Positions 44,132 to 54,034 of a DNA stretch of 64,000 nucleotides are shown one piece after another; the stretch's first letter is position 1, and each line of letters starts with the position of its first letter. Position numbers and translations under genes: made by a program. The stretch comes from Chromatiales bacterium (GTDB lineage: Bacteria > Pseudomonadota > Gammaproteobacteria > RBG-16-57-12). The stretch is from assembly GCA_026989455.1 (NCBI GenBank), contig JALSJH010000009.1, forward strand, positions 33,401-97,400. The letters run 5' to 3'. The notes under the pieces were generated by a model, which saw only the letters and a list, made by a program, of their open reading frames with translations, had not been told where the DNA came from and did not search any database.

Positions 44132-44599
44132 ATGTTTAAACGCCTATTCACATTACTGGTATTGGCTCTGTTCCCACTATTGGCGATTGCCGGGGGTGAG
44201 GTGAGCAGTACCGATGCAACCGCTCAAACAGGCGTACTGGATATTGGCAGTGCGATACGGTTAATTCTGGGGCTGTTTGTGGTGCTCTTTCTCATCATCG
44301 CTAGCGCCTGGTTGTTTAAACGGTTTGGCCGCTGGCAGGGCGGCTATACCGACCAGCTGAAAATTGTCGGTGGTCTGGCCGTGGGGGCGCGTGAACGTAT
44401 CGTTTTAGTTCAGGTGGGTGAACAACAGCTGTTGATTGGTATCGCACCGGGAAATATTCGCACCCTGCATGTGCTGGATGAGCCACTTCCTTCGGTAGAT
44501 CTTGGCAGTGCGGGCAAACCGATAGTCGAGAAGTTTGCAGCGGTTCTTAAAAAACAACGTAACGGGCGAGCGGTGAATGAAGCTTCTACAGAAAAATAG
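44132..44599 (+). CDS. fliO: Flagellar biosynthesis protein FliO
   Basis: TM segment, [20 protein letters not shown], position between fliN and fliP. Confidence 0.9.
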   Translation: MFKRLFTLLVLALFPLLAIAGGEVSSTDATAQTGVLDIGSAIRLILGLFVVLFLIIASAWLFKRFGRWQGGYTDQLKIVGGLAVGARERIVLVQVGEQQLLIGIAPGNIRTLHVLDEPLPSVDLGSAGKPIVEKFAAVLKKQRNGRAVNEASTEK

Positions 44600-45347
44600 C
44601 CTCTCCTTTATTTTGGTTGTAGTGGCGCTGCTGTTAATGCTGCTGCCGACACTCTCCATGGCAGCGGAGGGTGTCCTGCCTGCAGTAACCGTGACAGATA
44701 ATCCTGACGGTTCAAAAACCTACTCCGCAACCCTGCAAATTCTCTTTTTGATGACCATACTCAGCCTGCTGCCAGCAGCGCTGATCATGATGACCTCTTT
44801 TACACGAATTATTATTGTACTGGCGGTATTGCGGCACGCTATCGGGCTGGCGCAATCACCTTCCAACCAAATTTTGATTGGTCTGGCACTGTTTCTTACA
44901 CTATTTGTGATGGCTCCGGTATTTGAAAAGGTCAATGAGATGGCGGTTCAACCCTACTTGGCAGATGAGATGAACCTTCAGGATGCGGTTGTGGCGGGGA
45001 GCGCCCCATTTCGTGAGTTTATGCTCAACCAGACCCGGGATAATGACCTAGAAGTGTTTGCAAAAATATCAGGTACCGAGCACATCGCCTCACGGGAAGA
45101 GATTCCTTTTACCTTGCTGTTGCCCTCATTTGTAACCAGTGAGTTGAAAACAGCATTCCAGATCGGTTTTATGATTTTCCTGCCTTTTTTAATTATCGAT
45201 CTGGTGGTTGCCAGTGTGTTGATGGCCATGGGCATGATGATGCTCTCGCCCATGATGATCTCACTGCCCTTTAAATTGATGCTGTTTGTCTTGGTTGATG
45301 GCTGGGTGCTGATTATGGGCACCCTCGCGTCAAGCTTCTACATGTAG
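44577..45347 (+). CDS. fliP: Flagellar export protein FliP
   Basis: [22 protein letters not shown] and [15 protein letters not shown] motifs. Confidence 0.97.
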   Translation: MKLLQKNSLSFILVVVALLLMLLPTLSMAAEGVLPAVTVTDNPDGSKTYSATLQILFLMTILSLLPAALIMMTSFTRIIIVLAVLRHAIGLAQSPSNQILIGLALFLTLFVMAPVFEKVNEMAVQPYLADEMNLQDAVVAGSAPFREFMLNQTRDNDLEVFAKISGTEHIASREEIPFTLLLPSFVTSELKTAFQIGFMIFLPFLIIDLVVASVLMAMGMMMLSPMMISLPFKLMLFVLVDGWVLIMGTLASSFYM

Positions 45348-45356
45348 GAGGAAGAT

Positions 45357-45626
45357 ATGACGTCGGAAACGGTTCTCACTATTGCTCGACATGCCATTGA
45401 AGTGGCGGTATTGATGGCGCTGGTACTGTTAGTGCCGGGGTTGATTATCGGTTTATTGGTTGCTGTCTTTCAAGCGGCTACACAGATCAATGAGATGACA
45501 CTCAGCTTCGTGCCTAAATTAATTTTCACTTTTGGGGTGCTACTCTTTGCTGGACCATGGTTGCTAAACCTGTTGGTTGATTATACGCGTGGGCTGTTTA
45601 TGAGCATCCCCTCGATGATTGGTTAG
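45357..45626 (+). CDS. fliQ: Flagellar export protein FliQ
   Basis: FQAATQINEMTLSFVPK. Confidence 0.97.
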   Translation: MTSETVLTIARHAIEVAVLMALVLLVPGLIIGLLVAVFQAATQINEMTLSFVPKLIFTFGVLLFAGPWLLNLLVDYTRGLFMSIPSMIG

Positions 45627-45631
45627 ATACC

Positions 45632-46408
45632 GTGCACTTCACAACGCCAGAGCTCACCGCCATGGTGGGTGCTTATCTGTGGCCTTTTTTTCGTATTGCT
45701 GCCATGTTGATGGCGATGCCTCTGATCGGCACAAAAACAGTACCCAAACAGGTGCGCCTCGGCTTTGCTCTAGTTTTAACGCTGATCATAGCGCCGCTGG
45801 TGCCCGATGTCCCTCAGGTTGATCCTCTCTCCATAGAAGCGGTTCTGATTGTTTTTCAGCAGGTGTTGATCGGTGTTGCGATGGGTTTTGTGCTGCAACT
45901 GGTGTTTGCTGTTTTTCTGGTCGCTGCACAGGTGATCTCCATGCAGATGGGACTAGGCTTTGCGATGATGATTGACCCCCAGTCAGGTACTAGTGTTCCC
46001 GTTTTGGGACAGCTATTTTCGATTGTGGTGACACTGGTATTCCTATCACTGGATGGTCACTTGCTGCTCATCGAAATGCTGGCGAACAGTTTTCATACCC
46101 TTCCTATCTCCACCTCAGGCATCACATCCAATGGTTTTTGGCTGATCGCCTTATGGGGGCGGGAAGTTTTTTCCGGTGCTGTTTTGGTGGCGTTGCCTGC
46201 CATTGCGGCACTGCTGTTTGTTACGCTCACGCTGGGTGTGATGACCCGAGCAGCCCCGCAGTTTAATATTTTTGCGGTGGGTATTCCGATTAGCCTTATC
46301 TGGGGAATGATGATCATTTATATCATTTTACCCGGCTTGATTGAGCAGATTGATGATCTGTTTATGAGTGGCTTTCAACTCATCAGTCGTCTGCTGGGTG
46401 GTGCGTAA
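45632..46408 (+). CDS. fliR: Flagellar export protein FliR
   Basis: WPFFRI, QMGLGFA..IDP and RAAPQFNIF motifs. Confidence 0.96.
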   Translation: MHFTTPELTAMVGAYLWPFFRIAAMLMAMPLIGTKTVPKQVRLGFALVLTLIIAPLVPDVPQVDPLSIEAVLIVFQQVLIGVAMGFVLQLVFAVFLVAAQVISMQMGLGFAMMIDPQSGTSVPVLGQLFSIVVTLVFLSLDGHLLLIEMLANSFHTLPISTSGITSNGFWLIALWGREVFSGAVLVALPAIAALLFVTLTLGVMTRAAPQFNIFAVGIPISLIWGMMIIYIILPGLIEQIDDLFMSGFQLISRLLGGA

Positions 46409-47544
46409 TGGCTCAGGACGATAGTGGTGAACGCACCGAAGAACCTACCTCAAAACGACTGCAGGAGTCCCGTGAAAAGGGGCAGATCCCTCGATCTCGT
46501 GAATTAAATACCCTGATGATTTTGATTGCCAGCGTAATGGGGCTTCACCTGTTGGGCGCTGGAATTATTGAGGAGATTTCATCCATCTTCAAAACCACCC
46601 TGCAAATTAGCCGTGAAGAGATTTTTGACGTTAGTATCTTACTCGTGGTGTTGAAACGGGTGTTAATTGATGCGCTGCTGATGCTGGTGCCCTTTTTTGC
46701 ATTGGTCGCTGTGGTTGCCATTCTCTCGGCGGTCATGTTGGGAGGCTGGAGTTTTAGTGTGAAATCGCTTGGCTTCAAAGCCTCCAAAATGGATCCCGTC
46801 AAAGGTATTGGCAGAATGTTTGGTGTCAAAGGATTGATGGAGCTGGTGAAAGCGTTGGCCAAGTTTTTCCTGATCGCAACCGTGGCCGGATTCTTATTGT
46901 GGGTTCAGCTGGAGGAGTTTCTCCAGCTGGGAATGCAGACCGTTGAAGTGGGGATGGCACACTTTGTGGATATCCTCTTCTGGGTGATGCTTATTTTGGT
47001 GCTCTCGCTGGTGGTGGTTGCGGCCCTCGATGTCCCTTTTCAGCTATGGGACCATAAGCGGCAGCTGAAAATGAGTATGCAAGAGATCAAGGATGAAACC
47101 AAACAGGCTGAGGGTAGCCCCGAGATGAAAGGGCGGATTCGACAGCTACAGATGGAGGCCGCTCAACAGCGCATGATGCAAGACGTACCAACGGCTGACG
47201 TGGTCATTACCAATCCGGATCACTATGCGGTAGCGCTCAGTTACAACCAGAATGAGAGTGGTGCTCCCAAGGTGGTTGCCAGTGGTGTTGACCTAATTGC
47301 ACTGCAAATTCGCGCGATTGCTAAAGAGCATGATGTGCCTATTGTAGAGGCTCCGCCTCTGGCGCGTGCCATCTATCACAGTGCTGAGATTGGAGCCGAA
47401 ATTCCGGCAGGTCTCTATGTCTCAGTCGCCAAAATTTTGGCTTATGTCTACCAAGTTGATTTGTACCAGCAACAGCAAGGGGGTAAGCCCACCTCATTAA
47501 AAGAGAGTGACTTACCTATTCCTGATGATTTACGCAGAGATTGA
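46408..47544 (+). CDS. flhB: Flagellar export protein FlhB
   Basis: ERTEEPT, GQIPRSREL, and the autocleavage site ITNPDHYAVAL. Confidence 0.96.
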   Translation: MAQDDSGERTEEPTSKRLQESREKGQIPRSRELNTLMILIASVMGLHLLGAGIIEEISSIFKTTLQISREEIFDVSILLVVLKRVLIDALLMLVPFFALVAVVAILSAVMLGGWSFSVKSLGFKASKMDPVKGIGRMFGVKGLMELVKALAKFFLIATVAGFLLWVQLEEFLQLGMQTVEVGMAHFVDILFWVMLILVLSLVVVAALDVPFQLWDHKRQLKMSMQEIKDETKQAEGSPEMKGRIRQLQMEAAQQRMMQDVPTADVVITNPDHYAVALSYNQNESGAPKVVASGVDLIALQIRAIAKEHDVPIVEAPPLARAIYHSAEIGAEIPAGLYVSVAKILAYVYQVDLYQQQQGGKPTSLKESDLPIPDDLRRD

Positions 47545-47550
47545 TTGTTG

Positions 47551-49656
47551 ATGTTTGAGTTAAAAAAAATCACTCAATTTTTTAAAATGATAATGAGCAA
47601 TGGCTTGGGTGCGCCGCTGTTAATGCTGGCGATGCTGGGCATGGTGGTGGTGCCGATGCATCCACTTATGCTGGATGCGCTGTTTACCTTTAATATTGCG
47701 CTGGCACTGCTGGTTCTACTTGCTGCCGTCTACGTCAAGCGCCCGCTTGATTTTGGCGTATTTCCAGCTGTTCTGCTGATTGCTACCCTGATGAGACTGG
47801 CCCTTAATGTAGCCTCCACACGGATCGTTTTGCTTGAAGGCCATACCGGAACAGATGCCGCAGGCTATGTGATTGAGGCTTTTGGTGAGTTTGTTATCGG
47901 TGGTAACTACGCAGTAGGTATTGTGGTCTTTGCCATATTGGTCATTATCAACTTTGTGGTGGTGACCAAAGGTGCCGGGCGCATATCCGAGGTGAGCGCA
48001 CGCTTTACCCTCGACTCCATGCCGGGTAAGCAGATGGCGATTGATGCTGACTTGAATGCTGGCATGATCGATGCGGAGACCGCCAAGCAGCGCCGATCAG
48101 AGGTGGTGCAGGAGGCTGACTTTTATGGCTCCATGGACGGTGCCAGCAAATTTGTGCGTGGTGATGCCATTGCGGCGATCATGATTCTGTTTATTACCCT
48201 CATTGGTGGCTTGGCGATTGGCATGGCGCAGCATGATATGCCCTTTGGAGAGGCGGTGCGTAACTTCAGTCTACTGACCATCGGTGACGGGCTGGTGGCA
48301 CAAATTCCATCACTGCTGCTCTCGACTGCGGCGGCGATTGTAGTGACCCGCGTCTCCTCAGAACAGGATATGGGTGGCCAGGTGGCCGATCAGCTATTGC
48401 AGCCTAGGGCGTTAGCGGTGACGGCCGGTATTATGGTGGTGATGGGGGTTATTCCGGGTATGCCTAACATCGCTTTTTTAAGCTTAGCGGCGCTCTGTGG
48501 TGCGGGTGCTTATTGGGCTAAACAGCGTCTCGCCCGGTTGCCAGAGATGGCCCTAGCGGGAGGGGGCACGGCTGGGCAGGCTGCGGTTTCGCCGGTTGAA
48601 TCAGTGCCACCGGAGCCTGAGGTTAAAGAGTTGGGGTGGGACGACGTACCACCCGTTGACCTAGTAGGGCTGGAGGTTGGCTATCGCTTGATTCCGATGG
48701 TGGATAAATCCCAGGGTGGTGAGTTAATGGGGCGCATCAAAGGTGTCCGTAAAAAACTCTCACAAGAGTTGGGTTTTTTGATTCCGCCGGTACATATTCG
48801 GGATAACCTGGATCTCGCACCGAATGCTTATCGCCTTATATTGATGGGGGTTACGATTGCGGAAGATGAAGTATTTCCTGATCGTGACCTGGCGCTGAAT
48901 CCAGGGCAGGTGTATGGCAGCCTGCAAGGGGCCGAGTGCCGTGATCCCGCCTTTGGCTTGGAGGCGGTCTGGATCGATAGTGGACAGAAAGAGAGTGCAC
49001 AAACACTGGGGTATACCGTGGTCGACCCCAGCACCGTGGTGGCAACACATTTGAGTCATATCTTGCAACGTCATGCCCATGAGCTGCTCGGTCGTGAAGA
49101 GGTTCAGCACCTATTGGATAACCTGGCTAAAAAAGCCCCCAAACTGGTGGAGGAGCTGGTGCCCAATGCGCTGCCATTGGGGGCTGTGTTGAAGGTGTTG
49201 CAAAACTTGCTGGTGGAAAATGTCACTATCCGGGATATTCGTACCATCGCCGAAACATTGGCGGATTATGCACCACAAAGCAAAGACCCTCTCTTTTTGA
49301 CCGGTGTGGTGCGGGTCTCACTGGGGCGCGCTATCCTGCAAAGCATTGCGGGGCCGGCAGTTGAGCTGGAGGTGATGACGCTCGCCCCTAATCTGGAGCA
49401 GATACTGCAACGCTCGGTACAGCAGGCAGGTGAGGGTGGGATAGAGCCGGGTATGGCGGACAAGTTGCACACTGCACTGCAAGAGCACACGCAGCGCCAG
49501 GAGTCATTAGGCAAGCCCGCGATACTTCTGGTCTCCGCACCGATACGTCCCCTAGTGGCGCGATTTGTGCAGCACTCAATCCCAGGGGTGAGTGTGCTCT
49601 CATACAACGAAGTACCAGATGATAAACAGATTAAAATTATCGCCACGATTGGATAG
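47551..49656 (+). CDS. flhA: Flagellar export protein FlhA
   Basis: RISEVSARFTLDSMPGKQMAIDADL, FYGSMDGASKFV. Confidence 0.97.
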   Translation: MFELKKITQFFKMIMSNGLGAPLLMLAMLGMVVVPMHPLMLDALFTFNIALALLVLLAAVYVKRPLDFGVFPAVLLIATLMRLALNVASTRIVLLEGHTGTDAAGYVIEAFGEFVIGGNYAVGIVVFAILVIINFVVVTKGAGRISEVSARFTLDSMPGKQMAIDADLNAGMIDAETAKQRRSEVVQEADFYGSMDGASKFVRGDAIAAIMILFITLIGGLAIGMAQHDMPFGEAVRNFSLLTIGDGLVAQIPSLLLSTAAAIVVTRVSSEQDMGGQVADQLLQPRALAVTAGIMVVMGVIPGMPNIAFLSLAALCGAGAYWAKQRLARLPEMALAGGGTAGQAAVSPVESVPPEPEVKELGWDDVPPVDLVGLEVGYRLIPMVDKSQGGELMGRIKGVRKKLSQELGFLIPPVHIRDNLDLAPNAYRLILMGVTIAEDEVFPDRDLALNPGQVYGSLQGAECRDPAFGLEAVWIDSGQKESAQTLGYTVVDPSTVVATHLSHILQRHAHELLGREEVQHLLDNLAKKAPKLVEELVPNALPLGAVLKVLQNLLVENVTIRDIRTIAETLADYAPQSKDPLFLTGVVRVSLGRAILQSIAGPAVELEVMTLAPNLEQILQRSVQQAGEGGIEPGMADKLHTALQEHTQRQESLGKPAILLVSAPIRPLVARFVQHSIPGVSVLSYNEVPDDKQIKIIATIG

Positions 49657-49689
49657 TCATCTCTCCAGCGCGGGTGAAAGGGGTTAGCG

Positions 49690-51090
49690 ATGAAAATTAA
49701 GCGTTATTTTGCGGCTGATATTCGCCAGGCGATTCGCCTCGTTCGTGAAGAGCAGGGGCCCGACGCGGTGATTCTTTCCAATCGCAGTGTTGAGGGTGGC
49801 GTTGAGATCGTCTCGGCAGTTGACTACGATGAGTCACTCTTTGAAGAGCAAACCGCTGAATCGGTAGCCCCTCCAACCGTAAAACCCGCTGTTGTAGCGA
49901 CGCAGAGTGAACAACGTTCTCGCTTTGATGATCACTTTCGTGATGATGAGTATCACCCCGCCCCGACACCTCAAAAGCGTGTCAATAAGGGGGCTGCAGA
50001 TCGCTCTTCCCGGGCAGTGCCTGAAAAAAGAGCCGAGCAGATGCGTCAAAATCGTGTTGCACCCCCAACAGAGGCGGCGGTATCACCTGCAGGTCGTCAA
50101 ATTTCCGGCAGTACGCGAACCCACCGCGCACCTCAAATGGAGTGGAGCCAAGACCCGGTATTGGTGGGTATGAAAAATGAGCTGACAGAGTTGCGCGGTT
50201 TAGTTGAGCAGCAGTTGAGTGGTTTTGCATGGGGAAGTGTAGTGCGCCAGCACCCGTTGCACGCACGTCTAATGCGCCAGCTAATGACGCTGGGCTTAAG
50301 CGCACAGGAGAGCAAGCAAATCGCCGCCGCGGTGAATGAAAAACAGACCTTTGATCAAGCGTGGCGCTTGGCATTAGCGATCATGGAGCAGCGCTTGATG
50401 ATGACAGAGGATGATATTTTGAGTGATGGCGGCATGGTTGCGCTGGTAGGGCCAACCGGTGTCGGTAAAACCACCGCCATTGCGAAACTGGCGGCACGCT
50501 ATACGTTGCGCCACGGAGCAGGCCGGGTGGCGCTGATTACCACCGATAATTATCGCATTGGTGCTCAGGAGCAGTTGCGCACTTTCGGCCAGATTTTGGG
50601 TGCCCCGGTCTATGTGGCCAAAAACTATCAAGAGCTGGCGCAGACGATTGAGGCGATTGATGACAAAGATCTGATACTGATCGATACCGCAGGGATGAAC
50701 CCCCAAGACCTTCGATTAACAGAGCAACTATCCCAGCTGCGAAGCTCGGTGCATGAGGTGAAGTGTTATCTGGTTCTCTCGGCAAATAGTCAGGCCGCTG
50801 GGCTGGAGGTGGCCGTGAATACCTTTGAAAAAGTGGGTTTGCAAGGGTGTATTATCAGCAAGATTGATGAAACAACCAGTCTTGGTGAGGTACTATCGAC
50901 CGTGTTGACTCACAACTTGCCCATCGCCTATATCAGCGACGGGCAGCAGGTTCCAGAGGACCTTCACCCCGCTCGCTCACATGATTTAGTGGCACGTTGT
51001 CTTGCGATGGCTGAGAAACAGAACAACCCCCTCTCCGATGAAATGGTTGAACTTCAATATGGAAAGGTGGCCATGAATGCTAATGTCTGA
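49690..51090 (+). CDS. flhF: Flagellar SRP-family GTPase FlhF
   Basis: MKIKRYFA, GPTGVGKTT, DTAG and GQQVPEDL motifs. Confidence 0.96.
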   Translation: MKIKRYFAADIRQAIRLVREEQGPDAVILSNRSVEGGVEIVSAVDYDESLFEEQTAESVAPPTVKPAVVATQSEQRSRFDDHFRDDEYHPAPTPQKRVNKGAADRSSRAVPEKRAEQMRQNRVAPPTEAAVSPAGRQISGSTRTHRAPQMEWSQDPVLVGMKNELTELRGLVEQQLSGFAWGSVVRQHPLHARLMRQLMTLGLSAQESKQIAAAVNEKQTFDQAWRLALAIMEQRLMMTEDDILSDGGMVALVGPTGVGKTTAIAKLAARYTLRHGAGRVALITTDNYRIGAQEQLRTFGQILGAPVYVAKNYQELAQTIEAIDDKDLILIDTAGMNPQDLRLTEQLSQLRSSVHEVKCYLVLSANSQAAGLEVAVNTFEKVGLQGCIISKIDETTSLGEVLSTVLTHNLPIAYISDGQQVPEDLHPARSHDLVARCLAMAEKQNNPLSDEMVELQYGKVAMNANV

Positions 51091-51961
51091 AGGCTATGAT
51101 CAGGCAGAAGGACTTCGTCAAATGAGTAAAGCAAACCCGGTTAGAGTGTTGGCGGTTGCCAGTGGTAAGGGCGGAGTGGGTAAAACAAATATTTCGGTCA
51201 ACCTCGCGGTGAGCCTTGCCCAGTTAGGTCGCCGAGTGATGGTGATGGATGCCGATCTGGGGTTGGCGAATCTTGATGTTATGCTGGGTCTTCATCCGCA
51301 ATATAACCTCTCACATGTGCTGAGCGGCAAACGAACACTGGAGGAGATCATACTCACAGGCCCGGCGGGTATTCGTATTGTCCCCGCCGCGTCTGGCATA
51401 CAAAACATGGCAGAGCTGGAGCCGGCACAGCATGCCGGTTTAATCCGCTCATTCAGTGAGTTAAGCCATACGCTGGATGTACTGATCATCGATACCGCAG
51501 CCGGAATTTCAGATAGCGTGGTTAGCTTTAGCAAGGCAGCACAAGAGGTGCTGGTGGTGGTATGTGATGAGCCCGCTTCACTCACCGATGCTTATGCGCT
51601 GATTAAACTATTAAGCCGTGAACATGGGCTGTTTCGTTTCCGAATTATAGCAAATATGGCAGGCTCTACTCAGGAGGGGCGTGAGCTGTTCAAAAAGCTG
51701 ACACGGGTCACCGATAAGTTTTTAGATGTGATGCTGGACTTTGTTGGCGTAGTTCCCTACGATGAATACCTGCGAAAATCCGTGCGCAAACAACGAGCTG
51801 TGGTTGAGGCGTTTCCTAGAAGCAAAGCCTCGATGGCCTTTAAAGAGATGGCCAAACGCATTGAAAATTGGCCAGTGCCCAGTGGGCCTGGAGGCCACGT
51901 TGAGTTCTTTGTTGAGCGACTAATACAAGCAGGGCGAAACAGTGAAGAGGGGAAACTATGA
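51083..51961 (+). CDS. flhG: MinD-like flagellar number regulator FlhG/FleN
   Basis: DQAEGLR, SGKGGVGKT and EPASLTDAYALIK motifs. Confidence 0.95.
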   Translation: MSEGYDQAEGLRQMSKANPVRVLAVASGKGGVGKTNISVNLAVSLAQLGRRVMVMDADLGLANLDVMLGLHPQYNLSHVLSGKRTLEEIILTGPAGIRIVPAASGIQNMAELEPAQHAGLIRSFSELSHTLDVLIIDTAAGISDSVVSFSKAAQEVLVVVCDEPASLTDAYALIKLLSREHGLFRFRIIANMAGSTQEGRELFKKLTRVTDKFLDVMLDFVGVVPYDEYLRKSVRKQRAVVEAFPRSKASMAFKEMAKRIENWPVPSGPGGHVEFFVERLIQAGRNSEEGKL

Positions 51962-52692
51962 GTGGCGTTGCCATGCCTAAAGCTCCAAGAAGTGATATTG
52001 CCATCCCTGATAAGATGGTTAAAAAGTATGCCACCTTGGTAAAGCGAATAGCTTATCACCTGATGGGGCGACTGCCGCCTACGGTTCAGGCGGATGACCT
52101 GATTCAATCAGGCATGATTGGTTTACTAGAAGCGGCACGTAATTATGATGAAACTCAGGGTGCCAGCTTTGAAACCTATGCCGGCATTCGTGTGCGAGGC
52201 TCGATGCTGGATGAGATTCGTAAAAATGATTGGGTGCCCCGTTCAGTACACAAAAAAACCCGCATGGTGGCTGAGGTTGTCAGAGAGATTGAGAACCGTA
52301 CCGGGCGCGATGCCCGTGATCATGAGATTGCCGAAGGACTTGGCTTTACCATGAAGGAGTATCACAAAATACTCAAAGACACCGGTGGGCAGCGGGTATT
52401 TAGTTTTGATGAAATCGGCTTGGATGGTACCTCACTTTCTGAAACCTATGCAGATGAGCGTACCGGTCCCTACGAAGGTTTACAGACCGCTGGCTTTCGT
52501 GATCATCTGATGGATGCCATTGCGGGCTTGCCTGAGAGAGAGCGTTTGGTGATGGGTTTGTACTACGACGAAGAGCTCAATTTGCGAGAGATCGGAACCA
52601 TCTTGGGGGTGAGTGAATCCCGGGTCAGTCAAATTCACAGCCAAGCCGTTATTCGTCTGCAAGCGCGCCTAACACCTTGGACTCGGGGCTGA
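51958..52692 (+). CDS. fliA: Flagellar sigma factor (sigma28)
   Basis: DDLIQSGMIGL, DWVPRSV, LYYDEELNLREIG. Confidence 0.97.
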   Translation: MSGVAMPKAPRSDIAIPDKMVKKYATLVKRIAYHLMGRLPPTVQADDLIQSGMIGLLEAARNYDETQGASFETYAGIRVRGSMLDEIRKNDWVPRSVHKKTRMVAEVVREIENRTGRDARDHEIAEGLGFTMKEYHKILKDTGGQRVFSFDEIGLDGTSLSETYADERTGPYEGLQTAGFRDHLMDAIAGLPERERLVMGLYYDEELNLREIGTILGVSESRVSQIHSQAVIRLQARLTPWTRG

Positions 52693-52717
52693 TTTATCAA
52701 TTAAATAAAAAAGCACC

Positions 52718-52745
52718 TAAACTAAACTCCACTATAGGCCGAATA
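52718..52745 (+). promoter_or_regulatory. Possible sigma28 promoter for cheY
   Basis: TAAA-N16-GCCGAATA, compared with the consensus TAAA-N15-GCCGATAA. Confidence 0.45.
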
Positions 52746-52860
52746 GTAATCCATAGAGAGCTTTGCACGAGAAATAGTTTCCATTTCTGCAAGGCAAAAA
52801 TGATCGAACAAAGCTCTCCCCCTAGTTTATTACTTCAGATAATTACAAGGTGAGCTTTCA

Positions 52861-53253
52861 ATGCCTGCAAATCCTAATATGAAGATCCTTATTGTGGATG
52901 ATTTTTCCACAATGCGACGCATCATAAAAAATCTTCTTCGAGATTTGGGTTACAACAACACAGCCGAGGCGGACGACGGCCAGACCGCGCTACCCCAGTT
53001 ACAAAACGGCAACTTTGATTTTTTGGTAACTGATTGGAACATGCCGGGCATGACCGGCATCGAACTTCTTAAGCATGTTCGAGCTGATGAAAATCTCGCC
53101 AAGTTACCTGTCTTGATGGTGACGGCAGAAGCCAAGCGCGAACAAATTGTTGATGCTGCGCAATGCGGTGTTAATGGCTACATCATCAAACCCTTTACAG
53201 CAGCCACTCTCAAAGAAAAAATCGACAAAATATTTGAACGCATAGACGGTTAA
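52861..53253 (+). CDS. cheY: Chemotaxis response regulator CheY
   Basis: [23 protein letters not shown]. Confidence 0.97.
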   Translation: MPANPNMKILIVDDFSTMRRIIKNLLRDLGYNNTAEADDGQTALPQLQNGNFDFLVTDWNMPGMTGIELLKHVRADENLAKLPVLMVTAEAKREQIVDAAQCGVNGYIIKPFTAATLKEKIDKIFERIDG

Positions 53254-53296
53254 CACGGCTCCCATGTTTCCCCTTATCTAGGACGACTCTTTAAAT

Positions 53297-54025
53297 ATGT
53301 GCGATTCAAATACCCACCCAGAGATGCTCTCTATAGCTGAAAAGCTAGTGGTCGAATTAAAGGCTGGAAATGATGAGCAAGTGACACTGCTGGTCGATGA
53401 GCTGGCTCATATTAGAGAGGGTGAGCTGTTTCAGGAGATCGGCAAGCTAACTCGGGAGCTACACAGCTCAATTGCCAGCTTCGAGGTGGACTCGGCGCTT
53501 TGTGATATTACCAAAAGCGATATTCCCGATGCAAAAGAGCGCCTGAGTTACGTTATTACCATGACCAATCAATCCGCCAACAAAACACTGACGGCGGTTG
53601 AAAATGCCATTCCTCACTGTGAAATGTTACAGGAGAAGTCCATTGAACTGCGAGCCGAGTGGAAGCGTTTCGTAAATCGAGAAATGAGTGCAGAAGAGTT
53701 TCGCCGGGTAAGTAAAACCCTTGAAGTGTATTTGTCTGAAAGCGAAGGAGAGTTGGACTCGGTTAAAGGTGCGCTAAATGAGATTTTGATGGCTCAGGAG
53801 TTTCAGGACCTGACCAGTCAAATTATCAATCGTGTGATCAAAATGGTTGAAGAGGTAGAGGCTCATCTGGTCAATATGATAAAGGCCACGGGTGGTATGC
53901 CGATTGCGGACAAAAAAGATGAAAAAGGTAAGTTGGAGGGGCCGCAAGTTCCCAGCTTATCCAAATCTGATACGGTGAGTGGGCAGGATGAAGTGGATGA
54001 CCTGCTCTCTAGTCTAGGCTTTTAA
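53297..54025 (+). CDS. cheZ: CheY phosphatase CheZ
   Basis: AQEFQDLTSQII and C-terminal QDEVDDLLSSLGF. Confidence 0.95.
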   Translation: MCDSNTHPEMLSIAEKLVVELKAGNDEQVTLLVDELAHIREGELFQEIGKLTRELHSSIASFEVDSALCDITKSDIPDAKERLSYVITMTNQSANKTLTAVENAIPHCEMLQEKSIELRAEWKRFVNREMSAEEFRRVSKTLEVYLSESEGELDSVKGALNEILMAQEFQDLTSQIINRVIKMVEEVEAHLVNMIKATGGMPIADKKDEKGKLEGPQVPSLSKSDTVSGQDEVDDLLSSLGF

Positions 54026-54034
54026 GGGTTAATT

